From positions 800,218-864,217 of the forward strand of contig CAVSXT010000003.1 of the NCBI GenBank assembly GCA_963732005.1: a stretch of DNA of 64,000 nucleotides, given 5' to 3'. The position numbers were made by a program, and so were the translations under genes. Source of the stretch: an uncultured Acidobacteriota bacterium (GTDB lineage Bacteria; Acidobacteriota; Thermoanaerobaculia; Multivoradales; UBA5704). The stretch's first letter is position 1, and each line of letters begins with the position of its first letter. Under the pieces are notes generated by a model that worked only from the letters and a program-made list of their open reading frames with translations, searched no databases and was not told the DNA's origin. This document shows, one piece after another, positions 56,390 through 64,000 of the stretch.

Positions 56390-57909
56390 TGCCTGTCCTC
56401 CTTGCCGGGCGGCGCCGGCGGGAACTCGAATGCGATCTGCAACTCCGGCGCCGCCGGCCGCGCCGGCCGCCGCTGCGCAGCGCCGCGGGCCGTGCGGCTC
56501 GTCGCCGTCGCCGGCGGCGCGGCGCCTGCCGTGGCCGGCCGGGGCGCTGCCGCAACCTCGGCCGCGGCCGCCGCCGCGCCCGGCTCGACGCGGCTGCGCA
56601 GCAGGCCTCCGGCCAGGAGGCTGAGCACCAACGCGCCTCTCCCCACCTGCTCGGGATGCCGCAGCAGCCGGCCGCCGGCGTCGCGGGTGACGCTGAAACC
56701 GCGCTCGAGGGTGCGCTGCGGGTCGAGCTGGGTGGCGAGCCGCTCGAGGCCCTGCAGGGTGGCGCGCGCCTCCCGCAGGTGGCCGCGCGCGCCGCCGCAA
56801 ACCCGCTCGGCACGCCGCCGCCGCTCGCGCTCGGCGCGCCCGAGCCCGCGCGGCGCCGCCGCGGCGAGGCGGGCGCGCAGCTCGTCGCCGCGCCTGCCGG
56901 CGGCGCGGAGGGCGCTGCGCCCGAGGCGCGCCAGGGTGCGCGCGTGCTCGGCGACGTGCGCCCCGGCGCCGGCGAGCCGCAGCCGCGCCAGGCTGACGCC
57001 GCGCTCCGCCCGGCCCAGCGCCTCGCGCGCCCGGGCGAGCGGCGCCAGCGCCTCGCGGCGCACCGCCCGGCGCAGCTCCGCGACGGCCAGATCGAGGCGC
57101 GCCACCCGCTCGACCAGGAACTCGGCGACCTTGGTCGGGGTCTTGAGCGCGGTGTGCGCCACCAGGTCGGCGATCGAGCGATCGATCTCGTGGCCCAGCC
57201 CGGTGAGCACCGGGAACGGCGCGTTGGCGATCGCCTCGGCGATGGCGCGGCTGTCGAAGGCCGCGAGGTCGGTGCGCGAGCCGCCGCCGCGGATCACCAC
57301 GGCGCAGTCGATCCGCATCCCCGCCAGCACCCGCAGGGCCGACACCACCTCGCGCTCGGCGTCGCGGCCCTGGACCGCGGCGTGCACGAACAGCACGCGG
57401 AAGCCATAACCGCTCTCGCGCAGTCCGGACAGGAAGTCGTGGTAGGCGGCGCTCCCCTCGGAGGTGACCAGCGCCAGCGCCAGCGGCAGCTCGCTCAGCG
57501 CCAGCGAGCGGTTGCGCTCCATCAGCCCGGCCGCCGCCAGCGCCGCCAGCGTCTCGCGCCGCCGCAGCTCGAGCAGGCCGAGGGTGAAGGTGGGATCGAT
57601 CTCGCGGACGGTCAGCTGCAGGCGCCCGCCGGCGCCGTAGAAGTCCAGGCTGCCGCGGCAGCGGATCTGCACCCCGTCGGCCAGCCGCTGGTCGGTGGCG
57701 GCCAGCATGCGCTTGACGCGCTGGTGGTCGGCGTTCCAGATCACCGCGTCGAGCTTGCCGACGATCGAGTCGCGGTCACCCTTTTCGATCAGCTCGAAGT
57801 AGACGTGCCCGCGCGTCCCCTGCTTGCACCGCGCCACCTCCCCGGCCACCCAGATGGCGGGGAAGGCCTCGGCGAGCAGCTCGCGGATCTCGCCGCAGAG
57901 CTGCGACAC
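56386..57909 (-). CDS. xseA: exodeoxyribonuclease VII large subunit
   Basis: WVAGEV, GHVYF, RGGGS, GLGHEID, TPT and LERGFS; true start probably about 10-15 codons upstream. Confidence 0.92.
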   Translation of the reverse strand: MSQLCGEIRELLAEAFPAIWVAGEVARCKQGTRGHVYFELIEKGDRDSIVGKLDAVIWNADHQRVKRMLAATDQRLADGVQIRCRGSLDFYGAGGRLQLTVREIDPTFTLGLLELRRRETLAALAAAGLMERNRSLALSELPLALALVTSEGSAAYHDFLSGLRESGYGFRVLFVHAAVQGRDAEREVVSALRVLAGMRIDCAVVIRGGGSRTDLAAFDSRAIAEAIANAPFPVLTGLGHEIDRSIADLVAHTALKTPTKVAEFLVERVARLDLAVAELRRAVRREALAPLARAREALGRAERGVSLARLRLAGAGAHVAEHARTLARLGRSALRAAGRRGDELRARLAAAAPRGLGRAERERRRRAERVCGGARGHLREARATLQGLERLATQLDPQRTLERGFSVTRDAGGRLLRHPEQVGRGALVLSLLAGGLLRSRVEPGAAAAAAEVAAAPRPATAGAAPPATATSRTARGAAQRRPARPAAPELQIAFEFPPAPPGKEDRH

Positions 57910-57991
57910 GCTGTAGGTGGGTTCGTCGAAGGGAGTGAGATTCAGCGGCAGGTCCCTCGCGCGTGCTCCCGGGCCCGCGCATCGGCGCGCC

Positions 57992-58540
57992 TCAATGATA
58001 GGACTTGAGCTCCTTCGAGGTGCCGAGAGGGATGGCGTCGGCCCATTCGACGGCCTTCTTGTCGCCGGCGGTGAGCTTGCCCAGGAAATCGACCGCCTCG
58101 TCGCGCTCGCGGAACAGCCGCCAGATGAAGGTGTGGCCGGCCGGCGCGGTGAAGTAGGTGTAGTTCTTGGAGCCGTTGGAGAGGTCGAACCCCAGGTTGG
58201 TCTCGCCGTTGACGCCGACGCAGGCCAGGGCGATGGCGCGGCAGGCCAGCGCCAGCGCCTTGATCGCGTCCTCGTAGTCGGCCAGCTCCTCGCGCGACAG
58301 CGGCGAGTGATAGAGGGCGATCCGCGCGCAGTCCTCCTCCGCCAGCAGGTTGTAAGGGATGTCGTTGCGATCCATCGCGTCCTTGGTCTCGCCGGTGGTG
58401 ACGAACACGTCCTCGGTGCCGGTGACCTTGTAGGTGATGGCGTAGACGTCCTTTTCGAGCTGCGAGAAGGCTTCCGCCAGGATGCTCTCGTCCTCGATGG
58501 TGAAGTAGTACAAACGGTTCATCAAGCGTCGCGCTGCCAT
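57992..58540 (-). CDS. hypothetical soluble acidic protein
   Basis: GGAGG SD, strong GC3 bias, globular composition; no family recognised. Confidence 0.75.
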   Translation of the reverse strand: MAARRLMNRLYYFTIEDESILAEAFSQLEKDVYAITYKVTGTEDVFVTTGETKDAMDRNDIPYNLLAEEDCARIALYHSPLSREELADYEDAIKALALACRAIALACVGVNGETNLGFDLSNGSKNYTYFTAPAGHTFIWRLFRERDEAVDFLGKLTAGDKKAVEWADAIPLGTSKELKSYH

Positions 58541-58731
58541 GCAGGCGTTCCTCCCGGGCGAAGTCTAAGGAATGGGGTTGGCGGTGGGTGACTGCGCGGC
58601 TCCCCGGCTGCACATTTTACCACACCACTTCACGCCACCTCACCACCACCACCAGGTTTGACGGATGCCGGATCGCGTGATACCTTCTCCCGTCCCCAGC
58701 GTTCGGGGGATCTCCCTTGGAGAGTGCGTCT

Positions 58732-59130
58732 ATGTTCGCGATCATCGAAACTGGTGGGAAGCAATACCGCGTCGAGCCCGGCGACGTGCTCGACGTCGAG
58801 CTGCTGGGGTCGCTGGCTCCCGAGGGGCAGAACGCCCAGACCGCCGAGAAGGGCACCGCGGTGCGCTTCGAGCGGGTGCTGGCGATCGGCGGCCTCGCTG
58901 CGACATCGGCGGCATCGGAAGCAGAGGGTTCGGCCGGCTCCGGCAAGGCGGCGCCGTCGATCGGCGCGCCGCTGGTCGAGGGGGCGCTGGTCACCGCCTC
59001 GCTGGTGGGTGTGTCGCTGGGGCCGAAGATCCGGGTGTTCAAGCACAAGCGCCGCAACACCCAGCGCAAAACGCGCGGTCATCGCCAGCATCTGCACCGA
59101 GTGCGCATCGACGAGATCCAGCTGCCCTAG
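58732..59130 (+). CDS. rplU: 50S ribosomal protein L21
   Basis: [14 protein letters not shown]...[10 protein letters not shown]...RGHRQ. Confidence 0.95.
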   Translation: MFAIIETGGKQYRVEPGDVLDVELLGSLAPEGQNAQTAEKGTAVRFERVLAIGGLAATSAASEAEGSAGSGKAAPSIGAPLVEGALVTASLVGVSLGPKIRVFKHKRRNTQRKTRGHRQHLHRVRIDEIQLP

Positions 59131-59194
59131 CCGGCACCCCCGATCCCGCCACCCGCCACCGCAGGCAACGACGACAACAGCAGAGGACTTCACC

Positions 59195-59533
59195 ATGGCA
59201 CACAAGAAGGGTCAGGGCTCGAGCCGCAACGGCCGCGACTCCAACGCGCAGCACCTCGGGGTCAAGCGCTTCGGCGGCGAGCAGGTGAACGGCGGCTCGA
59301 TCATCGTCCGCCAGCGTGGCACCCGCTTCTTCCCCGGCGTCAACGTCGGCCGCGGCAAGGACGACACCCTGTTCGCCAAGCAGGGCGGCGTGGTGAAGTT
59401 CCAGAACCGCGGGCGGCGCGGCACCTTCGTGCACGTACTGCCGGCCGGCGACGGCGCCACGGCAGCGGGCAACGCTGCGGCTGCCGCGGCACCCGCGGCT
59501 ACCCCGGCCTCGGAACACACCGCCGCGCAGTAG
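59195..59533 (+). CDS. rpmA: 50S ribosomal protein L27
   Basis: [16 protein letters not shown]...LGVK...RQRGT; Ala-rich tail. Confidence 0.97.
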   Translation: MAHKKGQGSSRNGRDSNAQHLGVKRFGGEQVNGGSIIVRQRGTRFFPGVNVGRGKDDTLFAKQGGVVKFQNRGRRGTFVHVLPAGDGATAAGNAAAAAAPAATPASEHTAAQ

Positions 59534-59548
59534 CTTCCCCGCGGTCCA

Positions 59549-60568
59549 TTGATCTTTCTCGACCAAGCCGCCATCCACGTCCGCGGCGGGCGCGGCGGCA
59601 ATGGCTGTGTCGCCTTCCGGCGGGAGAAATACGTGCCGAAGGGCGGCCCCTCCGGCGGTGACGGCGGCCACGGCGGCAGCGTCCGCCTGGTCGGCGAGGC
59701 GCGACGCAACACCCTCTACCATCTTCAATTCGCATCCATCTATCCCGCCGAGCGCGGGCGCCATGGCGAGGGCTCCAACCGCACCGGCCGCAGCGGTCCC
59801 GATCTCGAGATCCCGGTCCCGCTGGGCACCGAGGTCTACGAGCGCGACACCGGCGCCCGTCTCGGCGAGATCCTTGCGGATGGCGAGCGCCTGCTGGTGG
59901 CGGCCGGCGGGCGCGGCGGCCGCGGCAACGCCCACTTCGCGACGCCCACCCACCAGGCGCCGCGGGAGTTCGAGCCGGGCCAGGAAGGGGAGGATCGCCG
60001 CCTCCGCCTGGAGCTCAAGCTGCTCGCCGACGTCGGCGTCGTCGGCCTGCCCAACGCCGGCAAATCGACGCTGATCAGCGTCGTCTCGGCGGCGCGCCCA
60101 AAGATCGCCGACTATCCCTTCACCACGCTGGTGCCGCAGCTGGGCGTGGTGGCCGACGGCCCGCTGGCGCAGCCGTTCGTCATCGCCGACCTGCCGGGGC
60201 TGATCGCCGGCGCGGCGCAGGGCGCCGGCCTGGGCATCCAGTTCCTGCGCCACGTCGAGCGCTGCCGAGTGCTCCTTCACCTGGTGGATCTCTCCCAACC
60301 CGGCGGCGAGGCGCCGGCGGGCGCCGGCGGCCTGGACGCCGACCTCGCCGTGGTCGAGCGCGAGCTGGGCGCCTTCGATCCCGGCCTGCTCCTGCGGCCG
60401 CGGCTGATCGCCGGCAGCAAGCTCGACGCCGCCCTGCCGGAGCGTCTGGCCGAGCTGCCGCGCGCCGCCGCCGCCCGCGGCCTCGAATGGCTGGCCTTCA
60501 GCTCGGCGACCCATCAGGGAGTCGAAGCGCTGGTGGCGGCGCTCGGCCAGAGGCTGAACCGGCCGTGA
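59549..60568 (+). CDS. obgE: GTPase ObgE
   Basis: FRREKYVPKGGP, GLPNAGKST, YPFTTL and DLPG. Confidence 0.97.
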   Translation: MIFLDQAAIHVRGGRGGNGCVAFRREKYVPKGGPSGGDGGHGGSVRLVGEARRNTLYHLQFASIYPAERGRHGEGSNRTGRSGPDLEIPVPLGTEVYERDTGARLGEILADGERLLVAAGGRGGRGNAHFATPTHQAPREFEPGQEGEDRRLRLELKLLADVGVVGLPNAGKSTLISVVSAARPKIADYPFTTLVPQLGVVADGPLAQPFVIADLPGLIAGAAQGAGLGIQFLRHVERCRVLLHLVDLSQPGGEAPAGAGGLDADLAVVERELGAFDPGLLLRPRLIAGSKLDAALPERLAELPRAAAARGLEWLAFSSATHQGVEALVAALGQRLNRP

Positions 60569-61215
60569 AGATCGGGCTCTTCGGCGGCAGCTTCGATCCC
60601 ATTCACCGCGGCCATCTCGACCCGGTGCGGGAAGCGCGGCGCCGGCTCTGCCTGGAACGGGTGATCTACCTGCCGACGGCGATCCCGCCGCACAAGCCGG
60701 GGCGCCGGCTGGCGCCGCCGCTGGCGCGCTACGCCATGGTCGAGATCGCCCTGCTGCACGAGGAAGGCCTCGAAACCTCGTCCTACGAGCTGACGCTGGA
60801 GCGCCCGGCCTACACCGCCGAGACCCTCGAGCACTTCCAGCGCCAGCTGCCGGGCGCCGAGCTGCACCTGCTGATCGGCAGCGATTCCTTCCGCGAGCTG
60901 CCGCACTGGGTGCGCTGGCGCGACATCGCTGCCGCGGCGCGGCTGGTGGTGCTGTCGCGGCCGGGATGGGACCTCGCCAGCCTCGCGCCGGGCACTGCCA
61001 CGATGCCGGCCGCCGGCGACAGCCGGGCGCGGCCGGAGCTTGCCGAGCTGGCGGCGCTCGCCGCGAGCGATCGGGTGCAGATGGTCGATCGGCCGGCGGT
61101 CGAAGTGTCCTCCACCCGGCTGCGCCAGATCCTGGCCCGCGGCGAGCGGCCGCCCGCCGGCTCGATGCCGGATTTGGTGGTAGACTTTGTGCACAAATAC
61201 AACCTGTATCGATGA
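60565..61215 (+). CDS. nadD: nicotinate-nucleotide adenylyltransferase
   Basis: FGGSFDPIHRGH, PPHK, IGSD and VSSTRLR. Confidence 0.95.
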   Translation: MKIGLFGGSFDPIHRGHLDPVREARRRLCLERVIYLPTAIPPHKPGRRLAPPLARYAMVEIALLHEEGLETSSYELTLERPAYTAETLEHFQRQLPGAELHLLIGSDSFRELPHWVRWRDIAAAARLVVLSRPGWDLASLAPGTATMPAAGDSRARPELAELAALAASDRVQMVDRPAVEVSSTRLRQILARGERPPAGSMPDLVVDFVHKYNLYR

Positions 61216-61586
61216 AGGCCCAGCACCAGCCGCGCCCCGACACCGCCGCCAGAGTCCGCGAAGCCGTCGCTGCCGCCGAGGATCGCAAGGCGATCGATCT
61301 CAAGGTCTTGCACCTCGAGAAGGTGAGCGACTTCACCGACTATTTCCTGATCTGCAGCGGCGCCAGCGAGCGGCAGGTGCAGGCAGTGGCCGACGCGGTC
61401 CAGGAACGGCTGCGCGGCGAGCACGTCCGCCCGCTGCACGTCGAGGGCTACAACCGCGGCCAGTGGGTGCTGCTCGATTACGGCGACCTCGTCGTCCACG
61501 TCTTCCAGGAGGAGCCCCGTCGGTTCTATGCCCTCGAGCGCCTGTGGGGTGACGCTCCGGACGTGACCGCCGCGTTCCGCTCTTGA
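61212..61586 (+). CDS. rsfS: ribosome silencing factor
   Basis: DRKAID, FTDYFLICSG, WVLLDYGD.VVHVF and FYALERLW. Confidence 0.95.
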   Translation: MKAQHQPRPDTAARVREAVAAAEDRKAIDLKVLHLEKVSDFTDYFLICSGASERQVQAVADAVQERLRGEHVRPLHVEGYNRGQWVLLDYGDLVVHVFQEEPRRFYALERLWGDAPDVTAAFRS

Positions 61587-62572
61587 CCCCGCCGCCCGCG
61601 CCGTCCGCTCCACCCGCTCCACAGGCTCCGACACCGGTCCCGGCTCCGCTGTCGCTGCCTCGCCTGCTGCGCGACTATCCGGCGCTTGCCGCCTGCCTCC
61701 GCGGCATCGAGAACGCGGCGCCCACCGACGCGCCGGTGCTGATCCTGGGCGAGCCTGGCACCGGCCGCTCCAGCCTGGCGCGGGCGCTGCACGCCGCCAG
61801 CCGCCGGGCGGCGGCGCCGCTGGTCGAGGTGGACCCGGGCACGGTGCCCAGCGCGCTGTTCGAGAGCGAGTTCTTCGGCTACCGCCCCGGCGCCTTCACC
61901 GGCGCCGCCGCTGCCAGCGATGGCCGGGTGGCGCGGGCCGCCGGCGGTACCCTGGTGCTCGACCACGTCGAGGAGTTGCCGCTCGCCAGCCAGCCCAAGC
62001 TGCTGCGGCTGCTGGCGGAGCGCCGCTACGCGCCGCTGGGCGGCGAGGAGATCGCCGCCGATGTGCGTTTCGTCGCCATCGGCCCCGAGGATCTCACCGA
62101 GCGGGTCGCGAGAGAGGCCTTCCGTGCCGATCTCTACTACCGGCTGGAAGTGATCGCCTTCCGCCTGCCGCCCCTGCGCCGGCGCGGCGCGGACCTGCCC
62201 GTCCTGCTCGACGACATGGTGGCCGATCTCGGCGAGCGCTTCGGACGTCCCGGCCTGACCCTGGCGCCGGCCGCGCGCGCCTGGATGGCCGACCATCCAT
62301 GGCCGGGGAACCTGCGCCAGCTGCGCAACGTCCTCGAGCGCGCCCTGATCCTGGCGGGGGTCTCGGCGATCGATCCGCCGCCCGCGCTCGTCCTGCCCGA
62401 CTTCCCGGCGACAACCGCCGCCGCACCGCCCCGCCCCCTCCTCGAGATCGAGCAGCAGCAGATCCGCGCCGCCCTCGCCTACACCAGAGGCCACCAGGGC
62501 CGTGCCGCCACCCTTCTCGGCATCAGCCGCAAAGCCCTGTGGGAGAAGCGCCGCCGCTACGGGATCCCGTAG
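61583..62572 (+). CDS. sigma54 enhancer-binding protein (AAA+ and Fis HTH), no N-terminal sensor
   Basis: GEPGTGRS, ESEFFG, GAFTGA, LVLDHV, FRADLYYRL, WPGNLRQL and LGISRKALW. Confidence 0.85.
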   Translation: MTPPPAPSAPPAPQAPTPVPAPLSLPRLLRDYPALAACLRGIENAAPTDAPVLILGEPGTGRSSLARALHAASRRAAAPLVEVDPGTVPSALFESEFFGYRPGAFTGAAAASDGRVARAAGGTLVLDHVEELPLASQPKLLRLLAERRYAPLGGEEIAADVRFVAIGPEDLTERVAREAFRADLYYRLEVIAFRLPPLRRRGADLPVLLDDMVADLGERFGRPGLTLAPAARAWMADHPWPGNLRQLRNVLERALILAGVSAIDPPPALVLPDFPATTAAAPPRPLLEIEQQQIRAALAYTRGHQGRAATLLGISRKALWEKRRRYGIP

Positions 62573-62622
62573 CGGCGGCGGTGCCCGGGGGGCGGGGGGC
62601 GGGGGGCGGCGGGCAGCCGGGA

Positions 62623-63645
62623 TCAGCCCTGCAAGGCCTCGGCGGTCGGCGGCGCGCTCGGATTGGCCAGCGCGTCGAGCAGGTCGTCGGGGAGGCTGAG
62701 GCCCGGATGGACGTTGCGGCAGCGGTCGGTGAGCTGCCGCAGCTCCAGCTCGGAGAGGCCGAGGAAGGCGTCGACCATCGCCGGATCGAGCTGCTCTCCC
62801 GCCGCCCGCCGCAGCTCGGCGATGGCGGCGGCGTGGCCGCGGGCGCGCCGGTAGGGGCGGTCGGAGGTGATCGCGTCGTAGGTGTCGGCCACCGCGAAGA
62901 TGCGGGCGGCCAGCGGGATCTGCTCGCCGGCGATGCCTCGCGGGTAGCCCTGGCCGTCCCACCGCTCGTGATGGCTGTAGACGATCTCGACGGCGGCAGG
63001 CTGCAGGAAGCTCACCTCGGCCAGCATGTCGAAGCCCCAGGTGGGGTGCTGCTTCATGATGTGCCACTCGTTGGCGGTGAGCGGCCCGGGCTTGCGCAGC
63101 ACGCCGTCGGGCACCGCCATCTTGCCGACGTCATGTAGCAGCCCGCCCCACTCGATCGCCTTGAGCTGGTCAGGCGGCAGGCCGAGCGACCGCGCCATCG
63201 CCATGGCATAGAGGGCAACCCGGAAGGAGTGACCGGTGGTCTCGTGGTCGCGGGCGTCGGCGGCGGTGACCACCGCTCCCACCGCTTCGACATACGAACG
63301 CTCCCGTGCCCGCTGGGATTCCTCGAGCGATACCAGCAGGGCGCGGAAGGTCTCCTCGATGAGACGTACGTCCCGGTTGCCGCCGGCGCTGGGGAAACTG
63401 CTCTCGAGCTGGCCGCGCCTCGCGGTCTGAGCCATCGCGGACATCGTCTCGGCCAGCCGCCGCAAGGGCACCGAGATGCGCTCCACCGCCAGCCAGGTGG
63501 CCAGCGAGGCCAGCAGCGCCGCGCACAGCCCGGCAAGCAGCACCTCCTCGAGGCGCGGCTCGATCCGGCGCCCGAACAGCGCGACGATCGCCACCAGGCT
63601 CGCCGACACTGCGGCGGCGGAGGCCAGAGAACCTCTAAATCGCAA
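62623..63645 (-). CDS. membrane HAMP + HD-GYP phosphodiesterase
   Basis: Two TM and HAMP; T.GHS.RV, HDVGK, HHERWDGQGYP and DAITSDRPYR. Confidence 0.9.
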   Translation of the reverse strand: MRFRGSLASAAAVSASLVAIVALFGRRIEPRLEEVLLAGLCAALLASLATWLAVERISVPLRRLAETMSAMAQTARRGQLESSFPSAGGNRDVRLIEETFRALLVSLEESQRARERSYVEAVGAVVTAADARDHETTGHSFRVALYAMAMARSLGLPPDQLKAIEWGGLLHDVGKMAVPDGVLRKPGPLTANEWHIMKQHPTWGFDMLAEVSFLQPAAVEIVYSHHERWDGQGYPRGIAGEQIPLAARIFAVADTYDAITSDRPYRRARGHAAAIAELRRAAGEQLDPAMVDAFLGLSELELRQLTDRCRNVHPGLSLPDDLLDALANPSAPPTAEALQG

Positions 63646-63820
63646 GCTCTACCCCCAACCCGCTACCTGATTCCGCAAACACAGAACATAGTGCGACTTT
63701 ACGTCACGGCCTCCTGCGGTTCGCCAAGGCAAACTGCTCCTACTTATCCAAGTGCATCCTGCAGCCGAATTCGAGTCATCGCTTCGCCCCCCCATCGCCT
63801 GCGGTGCCCCGCGGCCGGTT

Positions 63821-64000
63821 TCACTTGCCTCGAACCAGCTCCGCCAGCGTGGCGATCGCATGGTCGCACTCCTCTTCGGTGTTGTAGAAGTGCGGCGACA
63901 GCCGGATGCCGGCGCGCGGCCGGAAGTCGCACATGACCTCGCGGGCCAGCATCTCCTGGCATAGACGCTCCGCCTGCTCGTGCCACACCGAGACGGTGCC
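63821..64000 (-). CDS. class V aminotransferase/kynureninase-like, C-terminal fragment
   Basis: Reverse frame reads GTVSV...CDFRPRAGIRLSPHFYNTEEE; truncated by window end. Confidence 0.75.
   Translation of the reverse strand, partial: GTVSVWHEQAERLCQEMLAREVMCDFRPRAGIRLSPHFYNTEEECDHAIATLAELVRGK

Noticed and set aside
58732-59533. Ala-rich insertions in L21 and C-terminal tail on L27 as functional novelties
   Set aside because: Similar low-complexity Ala/Pro/Gly padding occurs in many proteins across the window, so it is probably a genome-wide compositional trait.
63650-63820. Possible c-di-GMP-I riboswitch near the HD-GYP gene (GGCAAAC seen)
   Set aside because: The motif is on the strand opposite the gene and lacks the following GAAA tetraloop and GACGCAAAGC elements.

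Overview
Very GC-rich, densely coding bacterial chromosome segment. Gene content (TPR-CHAT protease, paralogous XRE regulators, kinase-TonB fusion, a characteristic C-terminal 'WFF..N.E..VK.LDGC' domain) suggests Acidobacteriota, probably Thermoanaerobaculia; this is inference. About 62 CDS and no rRNA, tRNA, CRISPR array or transposase were seen. Housekeeping blocks: ruvX-mltG, thiolase-lptD (with a 1-nt frameshift)-rfbA-rfbD-two nucleotide-sugar SDRs, xseAB, rplU-rpmA-obgE-nadD-rsfS, a MacAB-TolC pump and two PIN-type toxin-antitoxin pairs. Best leads: (1) a prenyl-alcohol salvage/prenylation module (farnesol-dehydrogenase-like SDR, fused VTE5-like prenol kinase/VTE6-like DUF92 kinase, UbiA prenyltransferase) at the end of the envelope operon, near an acyclic-terpene (Atu-like) catabolic cluster; (2) a divergent nucleotidyltransferase/metallophosphoesterase pair behind back-to-back sigma54 promoters, with further tandem sigma54 motifs at csbD and a degenerate sensor-less sigma54 activator; (3) a pseudokinase-TM-TonB trans-envelope fusion; (4) a CysM/JAMM/Ubl-E1-rhodanese sulfur relay plus a MoaD-MoaE fusion, both with buried di-Gly ends. 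All calls are from motif recognition by eye; no database searches were run.
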